64,000 bases of DNA from Nitrospirota bacterium (lineage in GTDB: Bacteria > Nitrospirota > UBA9217): the NCBI GenBank assembly GCA_963790205.1, contig CAWBNQ010000003.1, forward strand, positions 960,001-1,024,000, given 5' to 3'. Of the stretch, positions 9,966 through 19,759 are shown piece by piece (positions within the stretch are counted from its first letter, which is position 1; every line of letters begins with the position of its first letter). The notes beneath the pieces are model-generated. The model had not been told where the DNA came from. It made no database searches and saw only the letters and a list, made by a program, of their open reading frames with translations. A program made the position numbers and the translations under genes.

Positions 9966-11213
9966 CTAGGTATCTTCGCGTACGCGGCCGTCAGAGGTGT
10001 GGAGGTCGAGCTCTGGACGTTTGCCCGCTCGAGTGTCCCTTCCTTCATCGACAACCGTGATGTCTCCGTGCTTTACGCGCACGATGATCCTGTCTAGATC
10101 CTGCACGGGAACGCGAATATGCGCAATGCCGTCGATGTCCGTAAACAGGCCATCGGGGACGACGCTATAGCGCAGCGTCGGCAACGGCGCCTCCTCCAAC
10201 TTCCACGTTACGCTGAAGTCGCTGTTCGGCAGGCCGAACCCGTGAACGGCCCCCGAGCACTCGATCTCGCCGGGCGGTCCCGCGACCAGGCTGAGTTCCA
10301 CGTCGAGCGTGTCGGCGGTCACTTCGAGGACCTTTGGTTCCGAGGGGAAATCTCTGAGCCGGACACGGGCCGCCAGGTCGGCATAGTGGGGATTGGCGAA
10401 CAGGCCGCCGCCGATGATGCCCGCACCGACGAGGACCGACAACGCGATCACCGCTGCCTTCAACCGCGGGTTCTGCCTGAGCAGGGGATACAGTACCGAG
10501 CGGGAGTCTTCGCGCGCCGGGACCATCAGAACGTAGTAATAGAGGACGTGGGCAATGCCGAGGGCGATCAGCGCCGACCAGACGGCATCGGACAGATAGT
10601 GCCCGCCGTCGGTCATGCGCCCGATGCCGAGCAGCGTCCCCATGACCAGCCCCGTCGCGAGGGACGCCGCTGCCCGTCGCGGATGACTTCGCCGCCACAT
10701 CCACCAGCCGGCGCCGTAGAGATACCCCACCGAACAATGGCCGCAGGGGAAGGACTTGCCGCCCGCCTGAAAAGGAACAAGCGGTTGTGAGTATTCCGAA
10801 CTGCCTCCGAACTCGACGAGCTGCCGGGGCCGCGCGCGCCCCCAGTGGTCCTTGAGAACGAGGTTGATGATGAGTCCCGGCCCGATGATCACGCACAGGA
10901 GGATGAAGGTCCCGTACAGCCGGAGTTGTCTGGATTTTTCCCGCATCACCCCGGTTATAAGCAGGGCAACGCCGGTCACTGCCAAAGAGCCCGTTATCCA
11001 CGGCGCGGAACGGTAGAACAGCAGCCACAGCGGGTCGTTCGCGACAGGCCAGGGTCCCTCGAGTTCCGGATGGTAGAACGGCCGGATGGAGACAAGGTCC
11101 AGATCGGTGACCGCAAACAGGACCACCGTGGCGAGGGTGAGCAAGGCCAGCACGACCGCCTCGGGCAGCCAGTAGCTGCGGTAGCTTATGATCGGGCCTC
11201 GTTCATTATTCAT
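9966..11213 (-). CDS. PAP2-family phosphatase (LpxF-like) with extra C-terminal domain
   Basis: KDHWGRARP, SFPCGH and GRMTDGGHYLSD catalytic motifs, multiple TM segments, soluble C-terminal extension. Confidence 0.85.
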   Translation of the reverse strand: MNNERGPIISYRSYWLPEAVVLALLTLATVVLFAVTDLDLVSIRPFYHPELEGPWPVANDPLWLLFYRSAPWITGSLAVTGVALLITGVMREKSRQLRLYGTFILLCVIIGPGLIINLVLKDHWGRARPRQLVEFGGSSEYSQPLVPFQAGGKSFPCGHCSVGYLYGAGWWMWRRSHPRRAAASLATGLVMGTLLGIGRMTDGGHYLSDAVWSALIALGIAHVLYYYVLMVPAREDSRSVLYPLLRQNPRLKAAVIALSVLVGAGIIGGGLFANPHYADLAARVRLRDFPSEPKVLEVTADTLDVELSLVAGPPGEIECSGAVHGFGLPNSDFSVTWKLEEAPLPTLRYSVVPDGLFTDIDGIAHIRVPVQDLDRIIVRVKHGDITVVDEGRDTRAGKRPELDLHTSDGRVREDT

Positions 11214-11227
11214 TGACGGCACCTTGT

Positions 11228-11379
11228 TAGAAGTTTGAAGGGTGAAGTTTGAAGTCTGGTGAACAAGTAGAAGCTAGAAGTTTGAAGAGTGAAGTTTGAA
11301 TCCATGCGGAATCGGTTCCGGAATAGAAGTTAGAAGTTTTCGGTTATTTCATCCATCTCACTTCTCACTTCAAACTTCC
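11228..11379. repeat. degenerate heptamer (GAAGTTT-like) repeat array with inverted arm
   Basis: 26-bp direct repeat at 11228-11253 and 11275-11300 (1 mismatch); inverted units TCACTTC TCACTTC AAACTTC overlap the phoR stop codon. Confidence 0.8.
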
Positions 11380-13127
11380 ATAAAAATCCTCACCCTCGTC
11401 CCTTTGCCCGGCGTGCTCTCTATCTGCATGTCCCAGCCGTGCGCCTTCACCAGATGCTTCACGATCGCCAGGCCGAGGCCCGTGCCGCCCATGCTTCGCG
11501 ACCGGCCGGGGTCTACGCGGTAGAACCGTTCGCCGATCCGCGGCAGGTGCTTCTGCCTGATGCCGATGCCGGTGTCTTCCACGAATAAATAAGTCGTACC
11601 GTTCTCCTCGGCATCGCCGAACTTCACCCCGCCTTTTTCCGTGAACTTTATCGCGTTGTCAACGAGGTTGGTCAGGATCTGGATAAGCCGATCCCGGTCC
11701 GCTGCAACGGTCCGCGGCGTCGGGAGTATCTGCGCCTCTATCGTCAGGTTCTTTTCAGCGGCCTTGCTGCGCAACAGCGTAAGGACATGGTCGGCGACCT
11801 CCTGGAGATCGACGGGCGACTTTTCCACCGTTATCACGCCCAGTTCGATCTTCGAGATGGTCATAAGATCGTCAATGAGGCTGTTGATCCGTTCGCTGTT
11901 CGCCTTGATGGTCCGCAGGAAGGTGACGGCATGGTCGCGGTCCTCAAGGGCGCCCTCGAGCAGGGTCTCGGCAAATCCGGTGATAGCCGTGATCGGCGTC
12001 TTGAGCTCATGGGAGATGTTGGCGACGAAATCTTTTCTCGTTTGTTCAAGTTTTTTGAGTTGCGTGATGTCGTGGAAGATGGCGACGAACCCCGACAGTT
12101 CGCGTTCGTTGTAAAAGAGCGGGGAGACCTGGACCACGCAGTATTGCTCCAGGGGGGAGTCGAGCTTTATCTCGGCGCTCGCGCTCTTCTCCTCCCGCCG
12201 GACCGCTTCCATCAGCGCCAGGAACTCGCTGTTCCGGACGACCTCGATGAACGGCCTTCCCTGGAGCGCGGTCTCGCCGAACAGGTTCCTGGCCGCCCGG
12301 CTCGACAGACGGACCGTATTGTTTGCATCGATTATGAAGAGGGCGTCGGGAATGCTCCTGAGGACCGTGTTCAGCCGATTGTGCTCCTCCTCATGGGCTG
12401 CGATGCTGTTCTTCAGTTCCCCGGACATGGCGTTGAGGCTTTCGGCGATCTCATCGAACTCGCCCGCCCGCTCAAGGAACAGTTTTCTGCCGACTTCCCC
12501 CCGTGCAAGCGCTTTGGAAAAGTCCCTTATCTGCCGCGTCAATCTTCGGATCCGTTCTATTTGCCACAGGGAGAAGACGCCTGTCGCGAGCAGGATGAGC
12601 GTGACGACAAGGATGATCCTGACCCTGAGCAGGTTGATCGCCGCATCGACGTCCTTGAGCGGCTTGCTTAAACGGATAAAGCCTTTGGAGTGCGCTCCGC
12701 CGTCGACGTGTATCGCCACGTAGAGGAAATCGTACTTCAGGGTATCGCTGAAACGGATTGCCATGCCGGTCCCGTTCAGCGCGGCCTGCTGTATCTCCTG
12801 ACGATGGCCGTGGTTCTCCATGCGGGTCGAATCGGTTTCCGAGTCCCCGAGGACCCTTCCGTCGGGCGCGATGACCGTGACCCTTGCACCGGTTGTTTCC
12901 TTGAGCTGTCTGCAAAGGCCGTCGAGCGGGGACGATGCCTCGAATGGTATGTCGGCGGAGATGAGTTTTGCCTGGACCGTGAGATTGTCGTGCAGGTCGT
13001 TGATGTAATTTTCCCTGACCGCATCGGTAATGGAGAGCTCGATAATGATCACCGCCAGGAGCAGAATGAGCGAATAGGTGATGAATATCCGTCGGAAGAT
13101 GCCGCGCTTCACGGAATTATTCGACAT
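11370..13127 (-). CDS. phoR: PhoR-type sensor histidine kinase (periplasmic domain, HAMP, PAS, HisKA, HATPase)
   Basis: RKDFVANISHELKTP H-box, NLVDNAIKF, DTGIGI, ERFYRVD..RSR.MGGTGLGLAIVKH. Start at 13127 overlaps the regulator stop. Confidence 0.85.
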   Translation of the reverse strand: MSNNSVKRGIFRRIFITYSLILLLAVIIIELSITDAVRENYINDLHDNLTVQAKLISADIPFEASSPLDGLCRQLKETTGARVTVIAPDGRVLGDSETDSTRMENHGHRQEIQQAALNGTGMAIRFSDTLKYDFLYVAIHVDGGAHSKGFIRLSKPLKDVDAAINLLRVRIILVVTLILLATGVFSLWQIERIRRLTRQIRDFSKALARGEVGRKLFLERAGEFDEIAESLNAMSGELKNSIAAHEEEHNRLNTVLRSIPDALFIIDANNTVRLSSRAARNLFGETALQGRPFIEVVRNSEFLALMEAVRREEKSASAEIKLDSPLEQYCVVQVSPLFYNERELSGFVAIFHDITQLKKLEQTRKDFVANISHELKTPITAITGFAETLLEGALEDRDHAVTFLRTIKANSERINSLIDDLMTISKIELGVITVEKSPVDLQEVADHVLTLLRSKAAEKNLTIEAQILPTPRTVAADRDRLIQILTNLVDNAIKFTEKGGVKFGDAEENGTTYLFVEDTGIGIRQKHLPRIGERFYRVDPGRSRSMGGTGLGLAIVKHLVKAHGWDMQIESTPGKGTRVRIFMEV

Positions 13128-13806
13128 AATACCCCACGCCCCGTCTTGTTTTGATATGCACGGGGTCCGATGGATCGTCTTCAATTTGCGTGCGCAATCT
13201 TCTGATGTGCACGTCCACGGTCCTCGGCTCGACGAAGGACTCGTCCTTCCATACGGCATCGAGGAGTTGATCGCGGCTGAAGACCCTGCCTTTTCTCTCA
13301 ACGAGAAACAGGAGCAGTTTGAACTCCGTCGCGCTGAGATGCACGGAGGTGTCCTTCTTGGTCACGGTGAAGGTCTCCCGGTCGATGCGGAGCTCCCCGA
13401 GGCGGATGACCTTTTCTTTGGCCGCGAGCGCTCCCGTGCGCCGCAGGACCGTGTTCACCCGGGCGGCAAGTTCCTTCGGGCTGAAGGGTTTGGTCATGTA
13501 GTCGTCGGCGCCGGTCTCCAGGCCGCGTATCTTGTCCGCGACCTCGCCTTTGGCGGTCAGCATGATGATGGGAATGGTCTCTGTTCTCGGATTGCTCCTG
13601 AGCATGCGGCAGAGCTCAACGCCCTGGATGCCGGGGAGCATAAGGTCAAGGATGATGAGGTTATACCCGTCCTTGCGGACCTTCTCGAGCGCATCCTCCC
13701 CGGTGGAGGCTGAGGAGACTTTAAAGCCTTCTTTCCTGAGATTGTAGGAAACAAGCTCCACCAGATCGGGTTCGTCGTCTACAACGAGTATTTTTATCGT
13801 TTCCAT
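13117..13806 (-). CDS. phoB: PhoB/PhoP-type response regulator (OmpR family)
   Basis: ILVVDDE, LDLMLPG, IPIIMLTAKGE, GADDYMTKPFSP, SRDQLLDAVW and RTVDVHIRRLR. Confidence 0.85.
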   Translation of the reverse strand: METIKILVVDDEPDLVELVSYNLRKEGFKVSSASTGEDALEKVRKDGYNLIILDLMLPGIQGVELCRMLRSNPRTETIPIIMLTAKGEVADKIRGLETGADDYMTKPFSPKELAARVNTVLRRTGALAAKEKVIRLGELRIDRETFTVTKKDTSVHLSATEFKLLLFLVERKGRVFSRDQLLDAVWKDESFVEPRTVDVHIRRLRTQIEDDPSDPVHIKTRRGVGYYVE

Positions 13807-13982
13807 CGTTCCGGTGAAAATGAAGCTGAGACAGAATTTGACTCCCTTGAAACGGTATGCGGAAAACTATACCATAAACAGAAGGATTAATAAACGTGTT
13901 TTACGCGAAGAGAAATCAGGGGATTTTGATGCTATAATAATAAACATCAGAGGGTTAAAACGTTAACGATAAGGAGGGCAAC

Positions 13983-14489
13983 ATGAGGTATGTCAAATTG
14001 ATGGTCGCAATACTGGTATTGTCATTGCCTTTTACACTGGCTGTTCGTGCCGATGAGATGAAACAGGATGCCGCGCCCGCAACCGCGCCGGAAGTCAAAC
14101 CGGAAGCGAAAGGGGAGACGCAATCCGCTACGATCGATCACGGCATCAAGGAGAAACGCTTTGTCGCGACCGTCGGGCCGGACGGCGTGCAGCACGTGGA
14201 GATCACGGGCGGAGAATATTATTTCGATCCCAATTATATCGTCGTGAAGGTCAATGTGCCTGTAGAACTGAGCGTAAAGAAGGCGAAGGGGTACGTTCCC
14301 CATGACATCATGGTAAAGGCCCCGGATGCGGGTATTGATTTCAAAACAGAGCTCAGCGACAACGCAAAGATCATCAAGTTCACGCCCACCAAGGTCGGCA
14401 AGTACGAGATGGAATGCGACAAACGCTTCCTGTGGTTTAAGAGCCACAAGGACCGGGGCATGGACGGCTTTATAGAAGTCGTGCCGTAA
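13983..14489 (+). CDS. secreted cupredoxin-domain protein
   Basis: Signal peptide; YYFDPNYIVVK, PHD and FTPTKVGKYEMECDK...H...GM giving a His/Cys/His/Met type-1 Cu ligand set. Confidence 0.8.
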   Translation: MRYVKLMVAILVLSLPFTLAVRADEMKQDAAPATAPEVKPEAKGETQSATIDHGIKEKRFVATVGPDGVQHVEITGGEYYFDPNYIVVKVNVPVELSVKKAKGYVPHDIMVKAPDAGIDFKTELSDNAKIIKFTPTKVGKYEMECDKRFLWFKSHKDRGMDGFIEVVP

Positions 14490-14544
14490 TCCGGCGGGCG
14501 CCCGGCGGCCCGGCGCGCGGCCGGAGAAGGAAAAGCTGAACGTC

Positions 14545-14988
14545 ATGGACTATCCCCTCATCGACAGACAACTGCTTTCCTACCTCCGGCTGGCGCACGC
14601 GGGTTTTAATTCTCTCGTTATGCTGATGTTTTTCCATCACGCGCGGCTCGGCATGACGATCAGGCGCGCGCGCAAAGCACACGGGCCGCTCCCGTTTCCG
14701 GTGATCAAACGGCACCGGAAGCAAGGGCCGATTCTGGCCGTGATGGGCATCTTCGGCTTCTGTATCGGTTTTACCCTCGTCATGCTCGATACCGGAAAAG
14801 TTCTTGAATTTCCATCGCATTTCCTTGTGGGATGCACTATCGTTCTCTGTCTTATCACTACCTTCGTTCTCTCACGGAAGATCAAAGGACCCGACTCGCC
14901 CTATCGCACGCCCCACTTCTACCTCGGCATCGCCATCCTCTGTCTTTACCTTGTCGAGGCTTTCCTCGGGATCGGAGTGCTGTTTTAG
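14545..14988 (+). CDS. DUF4079-like four-helix membrane protein
   Basis: Four hydrophobic helices each near a His (LAHA, RHR, SHF, PHF), cytochrome b561-like pattern. Confidence 0.65.
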   Translation: MDYPLIDRQLLSYLRLAHAGFNSLVMLMFFHHARLGMTIRRARKAHGPLPFPVIKRHRKQGPILAVMGIFGFCIGFTLVMLDTGKVLEFPSHFLVGCTIVLCLITTFVLSRKIKGPDSPYRTPHFYLGIAILCLYLVEAFLGIGVLF

Positions 14989-15131
14989 GAGACTTCTCAT
15001 TCATCTGGTTCATCTGGTAAAACAAGCCCTCACCATATGTTTTTTATTTATAAAAGAGCCGCAAAGCGGACCAGTGTGGTATAATCAGCCGCAAGGTGTT
15101 CAATAAAAAATGTTTTGAAGGGGAGGACTCC

Positions 15132-15473
15132 ATGAAGGGGCGAGTATCGTTTGCTGCAGTAGTGATGGGACTGGCAATTGCGCTGTTGACGGTCGGAGCA
15201 TATGCTGCCGATGCCCTCCATGATCCCGGCATCCAGAAGCGGTTTGAGCACCAGCAAAAGCGAATTGATCAGGGGATCGCTTCCGGTCAGTTGACCAAGG
15301 ATGAGGCGGCACTCGTGCAGGACAACTTGAACAGGATCATGGCGGACGAGGCCCGGTTAAAGGCTGCCGGCAAACTTACGCCGAAAGAAAAAGCCCGTCT
15401 TGAACATAAGCTCGACCTGAACAGCGACATGATCTATCGGGAGAAGCACAACGTAATCAAACGCATTGATTGA
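15132..15473 (+). CDS. small secreted helical-repeat protein
   Basis: RBS GGAGG, signal peptide, QQKRIDQGIASGQLTKDEA and GKLTPKEKARL repeats. Confidence 0.75.
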   Translation: MKGRVSFAAVVMGLAIALLTVGAYAADALHDPGIQKRFEHQQKRIDQGIASGQLTKDEAALVQDNLNRIMADEARLKAAGKLTPKEKARLEHKLDLNSDMIYREKHNVIKRID

Positions 15474-15485
15474 AACGGTCCTTCC

Positions 15486-15525
15486 AACTGAGGCCTTCCC
15501 TGCCGGGGAAGGCCTCAGTTTTTTT
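15486..15525 (+). terminator. rho-independent terminator
   Basis: AACTGAGGCCTTCCC-tgccg-GGGAAGGCCTCAGTT followed by TTTTT. Confidence 0.85.
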
Positions 15526-15608
15526 CGTCCGCCGATCAGCGCCGTAACGTGGCGTCTTTTCTGAAAAAAAGCTTGCAACCTCAGCATAAAATCAGTAATA
15601 TTAACGAC

Positions 15609-16244
15609 GTGAAAAAAATAAAGGATTTCTTCAAGAAATATTTCATCACCGGACTGCTCGTGATCCTTCCGATCTGGGCGACCTACTACGTGCTCTCCGC
15701 CCTGCTCGGCATGATCGACGGCATGCTGGGAGACCTGCCGCACGATCTTCTGGGGCTGAAATTCCCCGGCCTGGGAATCATCACGCTCGTTTTATTAATA
15801 GTGATCATCGGCATGCTGTCCGCCAATTATCTTGGCACCCGCCTCGTCCGGTACAGCGATCGTTTGATGCAAAAGGTCCCCCTGGTGCGCGGAGTATATA
15901 CCACGGTCAAGCAGATCATGGAGACCTTCTCCGTGAAACATAACTTCCACGGCGTGGCCCTCGTGGAGTACCCGCGCAAGGGATGTTACAGCGTCGGTTT
16001 CATGACCGGCGAGGTAAAGGGCGAGTCCATCGGCCTCACGGGAAAATTCAAAACAGTATTCGTTCCGACCACGCCGAACCCCACCGCCGGGTTCCTCCTG
16101 ATCCTGCCCGAAGCGGAAATTACGGAGATCGATATGACCGTCGAGCAGGGGATGAAATTCATCGTCTCCCTGGGGCTTGTGCCCATGGGGGAGATAGAGG
16201 CCAACAAGCTGAAACATCGCCACCATCAGGAGGCCGGCAAGTGA
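15609..16244 (+). CDS. DUF502 domain membrane protein
   Basis: KYFITGLLVILP, YTTVKQI, LVEYPRKG and VFVPTTPNPTAGFL; GTG start assumed at 15609. Confidence 0.9.
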   Translation: MKKIKDFFKKYFITGLLVILPIWATYYVLSALLGMIDGMLGDLPHDLLGLKFPGLGIITLVLLIVIIGMLSANYLGTRLVRYSDRLMQKVPLVRGVYTTVKQIMETFSVKHNFHGVALVEYPRKGCYSVGFMTGEVKGESIGLTGKFKTVFVPTTPNPTAGFLLILPEAEITEIDMTVEQGMKFIVSLGLVPMGEIEANKLKHRHHQEAGK

Positions 16245-17638
16245 AACCGACCGTGGTTATTCTCGCCGCGGGCCTTGGAACGCGCATGAAATCCGGGCTT
16301 GCCAAGGCGCTCCATCCGCTTGCAGGCCGTCCCCTGATCCAGCACGTACTGAACGCGTCCCTGGCAGTCAATCCCGGGAACCTCGTCCTCGTCCTCGGCC
16401 ATCAGGCCGACAAGGTCCGGGAGGCGGTCAAAGAGTACAAGCCGGAGTTCGTTCTTCAGTATGAGCAGCTCGGTACCGGGCACGCCGTGCGCCAGGCCCG
16501 GGAAGCCATTGCGGGAGCCGCGGGACCGGTGATGGTCCTCTGCGCCGATACGCCGCTCCTCACCGGCGGGACGCTCAAAAAGGTTATCGAACTCCACCAG
16601 AAGTCGCGTGCGGCGATCACGCTTGTAACCGCCGTGGTTCCGGACCCGTTCGGCTACGGCAGGGTGGTGCGCGGCAAGACCGGGACCATGCGGATCGTCG
16701 AGGAAAAAGATGCAACGGCTTTGCAGAAAGAGATCAAGGAAGTAAATGCGGGCATCTACTGCTTTGAAAAGGAGTTCCTGCTTGCGTCCCTGGACGGGCT
16801 CGGAAAGAACAATGCCCAGGGAGAGTACTACCTTCCCGACGCCGTCGCTCTTGCGAGAAGGAAAAAACTCGGGGTCTCCGCTTTCGTCAGCGAGGACGTC
16901 GATGAGGTCATGGGCGTTAACACGCGGCATGATCTGAGCCGCGCGGAAGCCGTCATGCGCGACCGGGTGAACCGGACGTGGATGCTCGAGGGCGTCACCC
17001 TGCTCGACCCTGCCAGCACGTTCATCGGCAGCGAAGTCATACTCGGCCGTGATAGTGTTCTTTACGGGAACGTGCGGCTCGAAGGCAAGACCCGGATCGG
17101 CGAGGCCTGTACCGTGTACCCGGGATCGCGTATCGCGGACAGCGTGATCGGCAGCAACGTCACGGTGAAGGATTCCTCGGTGATCGAGGAGAGCGCTATC
17201 GCCCCCGGCGCCTCCATCGGCCCCTTCGCGCATCTGCGGCCGGGTTCCGTCATCGGCGCCAGGGCGAGGATAGGGAATTTCGTCGAGGTCAAAAAATCGA
17301 CGATCGGCGAGGGGAGCAAGGCGAACCACCTTTCCTATATCGGCGACGCAACCATAGGGCGGGACGTGAACATCGGCGCCGGCGTCATCACCTGTAATTA
17401 CGACGGATTTGAGAAGCACCTCACGGTGATCGAGGACGGCGTGTTCGTGGGCAGCGATTCCCAGCTGGTGGCGCCCGTGACCATCGGGAAAGGGGCGCTC
17501 ATCGCGGCTGGAGCCACCATCACCCGGAACGTCCCTCCGGACGCCCTGGCCATCAGCCGCGTTCCCCAGGACATCCGAGAAGGGTTTGCAAGCCGCAGAA
17601 GGAAACTGAAAAAGAAAATAGAGAAAAATTCCAAATAA
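16241..17638 (+). CDS. glmU: bifunctional UDP-GlcNAc pyrophosphorylase / glucosamine-1-P acetyltransferase
   Basis: VILAAGLGTRMKS, EQLGTGHAV, NAQGEYYL, GPFAHLRP, IGNFVEVK, HLSYIGDA and TCNYDG; GTG start at 16241 with RBS AGGAGG. Confidence 0.97.
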   Translation: MKPTVVILAAGLGTRMKSGLAKALHPLAGRPLIQHVLNASLAVNPGNLVLVLGHQADKVREAVKEYKPEFVLQYEQLGTGHAVRQAREAIAGAAGPVMVLCADTPLLTGGTLKKVIELHQKSRAAITLVTAVVPDPFGYGRVVRGKTGTMRIVEEKDATALQKEIKEVNAGIYCFEKEFLLASLDGLGKNNAQGEYYLPDAVALARRKKLGVSAFVSEDVDEVMGVNTRHDLSRAEAVMRDRVNRTWMLEGVTLLDPASTFIGSEVILGRDSVLYGNVRLEGKTRIGEACTVYPGSRIADSVIGSNVTVKDSSVIEESAIAPGASIGPFAHLRPGSVIGARARIGNFVEVKKSTIGEGSKANHLSYIGDATIGRDVNIGAGVITCNYDGFEKHLTVIEDGVFVGSDSQLVAPVTIGKGALIAAGATITRNVPPDALAISRVPQDIREGFASRRRKLKKKIEKNSK

Positions 17639-17750
17639 CAAGCATTAAGTTCCAGATGAATTCCAAGCACCAAGTACGAATATGCAAACGGTTGGAATGG
17701 TAATTTGGAATTTGAATATGATTTGAGATTTGTTATTTATGATTTTTCTG
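17625..17750. repeat. degenerate inverted heptamer array between glmU and glmS
   Basis: Left arm AAATTCC AAATAAC AAGCA...AATTCC AAGCACC; right arm ATTTGGA ATTTGAA...ATTTGAG ATTTGTT ATTT. Confidence 0.6.
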
Positions 17751-17771
17751 AATGCAGGAGTGTAGCGACAT

Positions 17772-19601
<1,830 letters not shown>

Positions 19602-19603
19602 TT

Positions 19604-19692
19604 TAATTGCGAATTGCGTATTGGCGAATGTATTGTTTTGAGGATTTCGGATTGATGATTGCGGATTGACGGCATCCATTCCGCAATTCGCC
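19604..19692. repeat. degenerate heptamer array (ATTGCGN) between glmS and pcrA
   Basis: ATTGCGA ATTGCGT ATTGGCG...ATTTCGG ATTGATG ATTGCGG ATTG, then inverted ATTCCGC AATTCGC. Confidence 0.65.
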
Positions 19693-19759
19693 TGCGCCCA
19701 GCGTTTACGAGTGCCCCGCGCGAGTGCAGGGTGAAATTTTCAATCCACAATGATATTAT

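Noticed and set aside
11228..11379. CRISPR array
   Set aside because: Only two 26-bp units, internally periodic, with no series of unique spacers and no cas genes.
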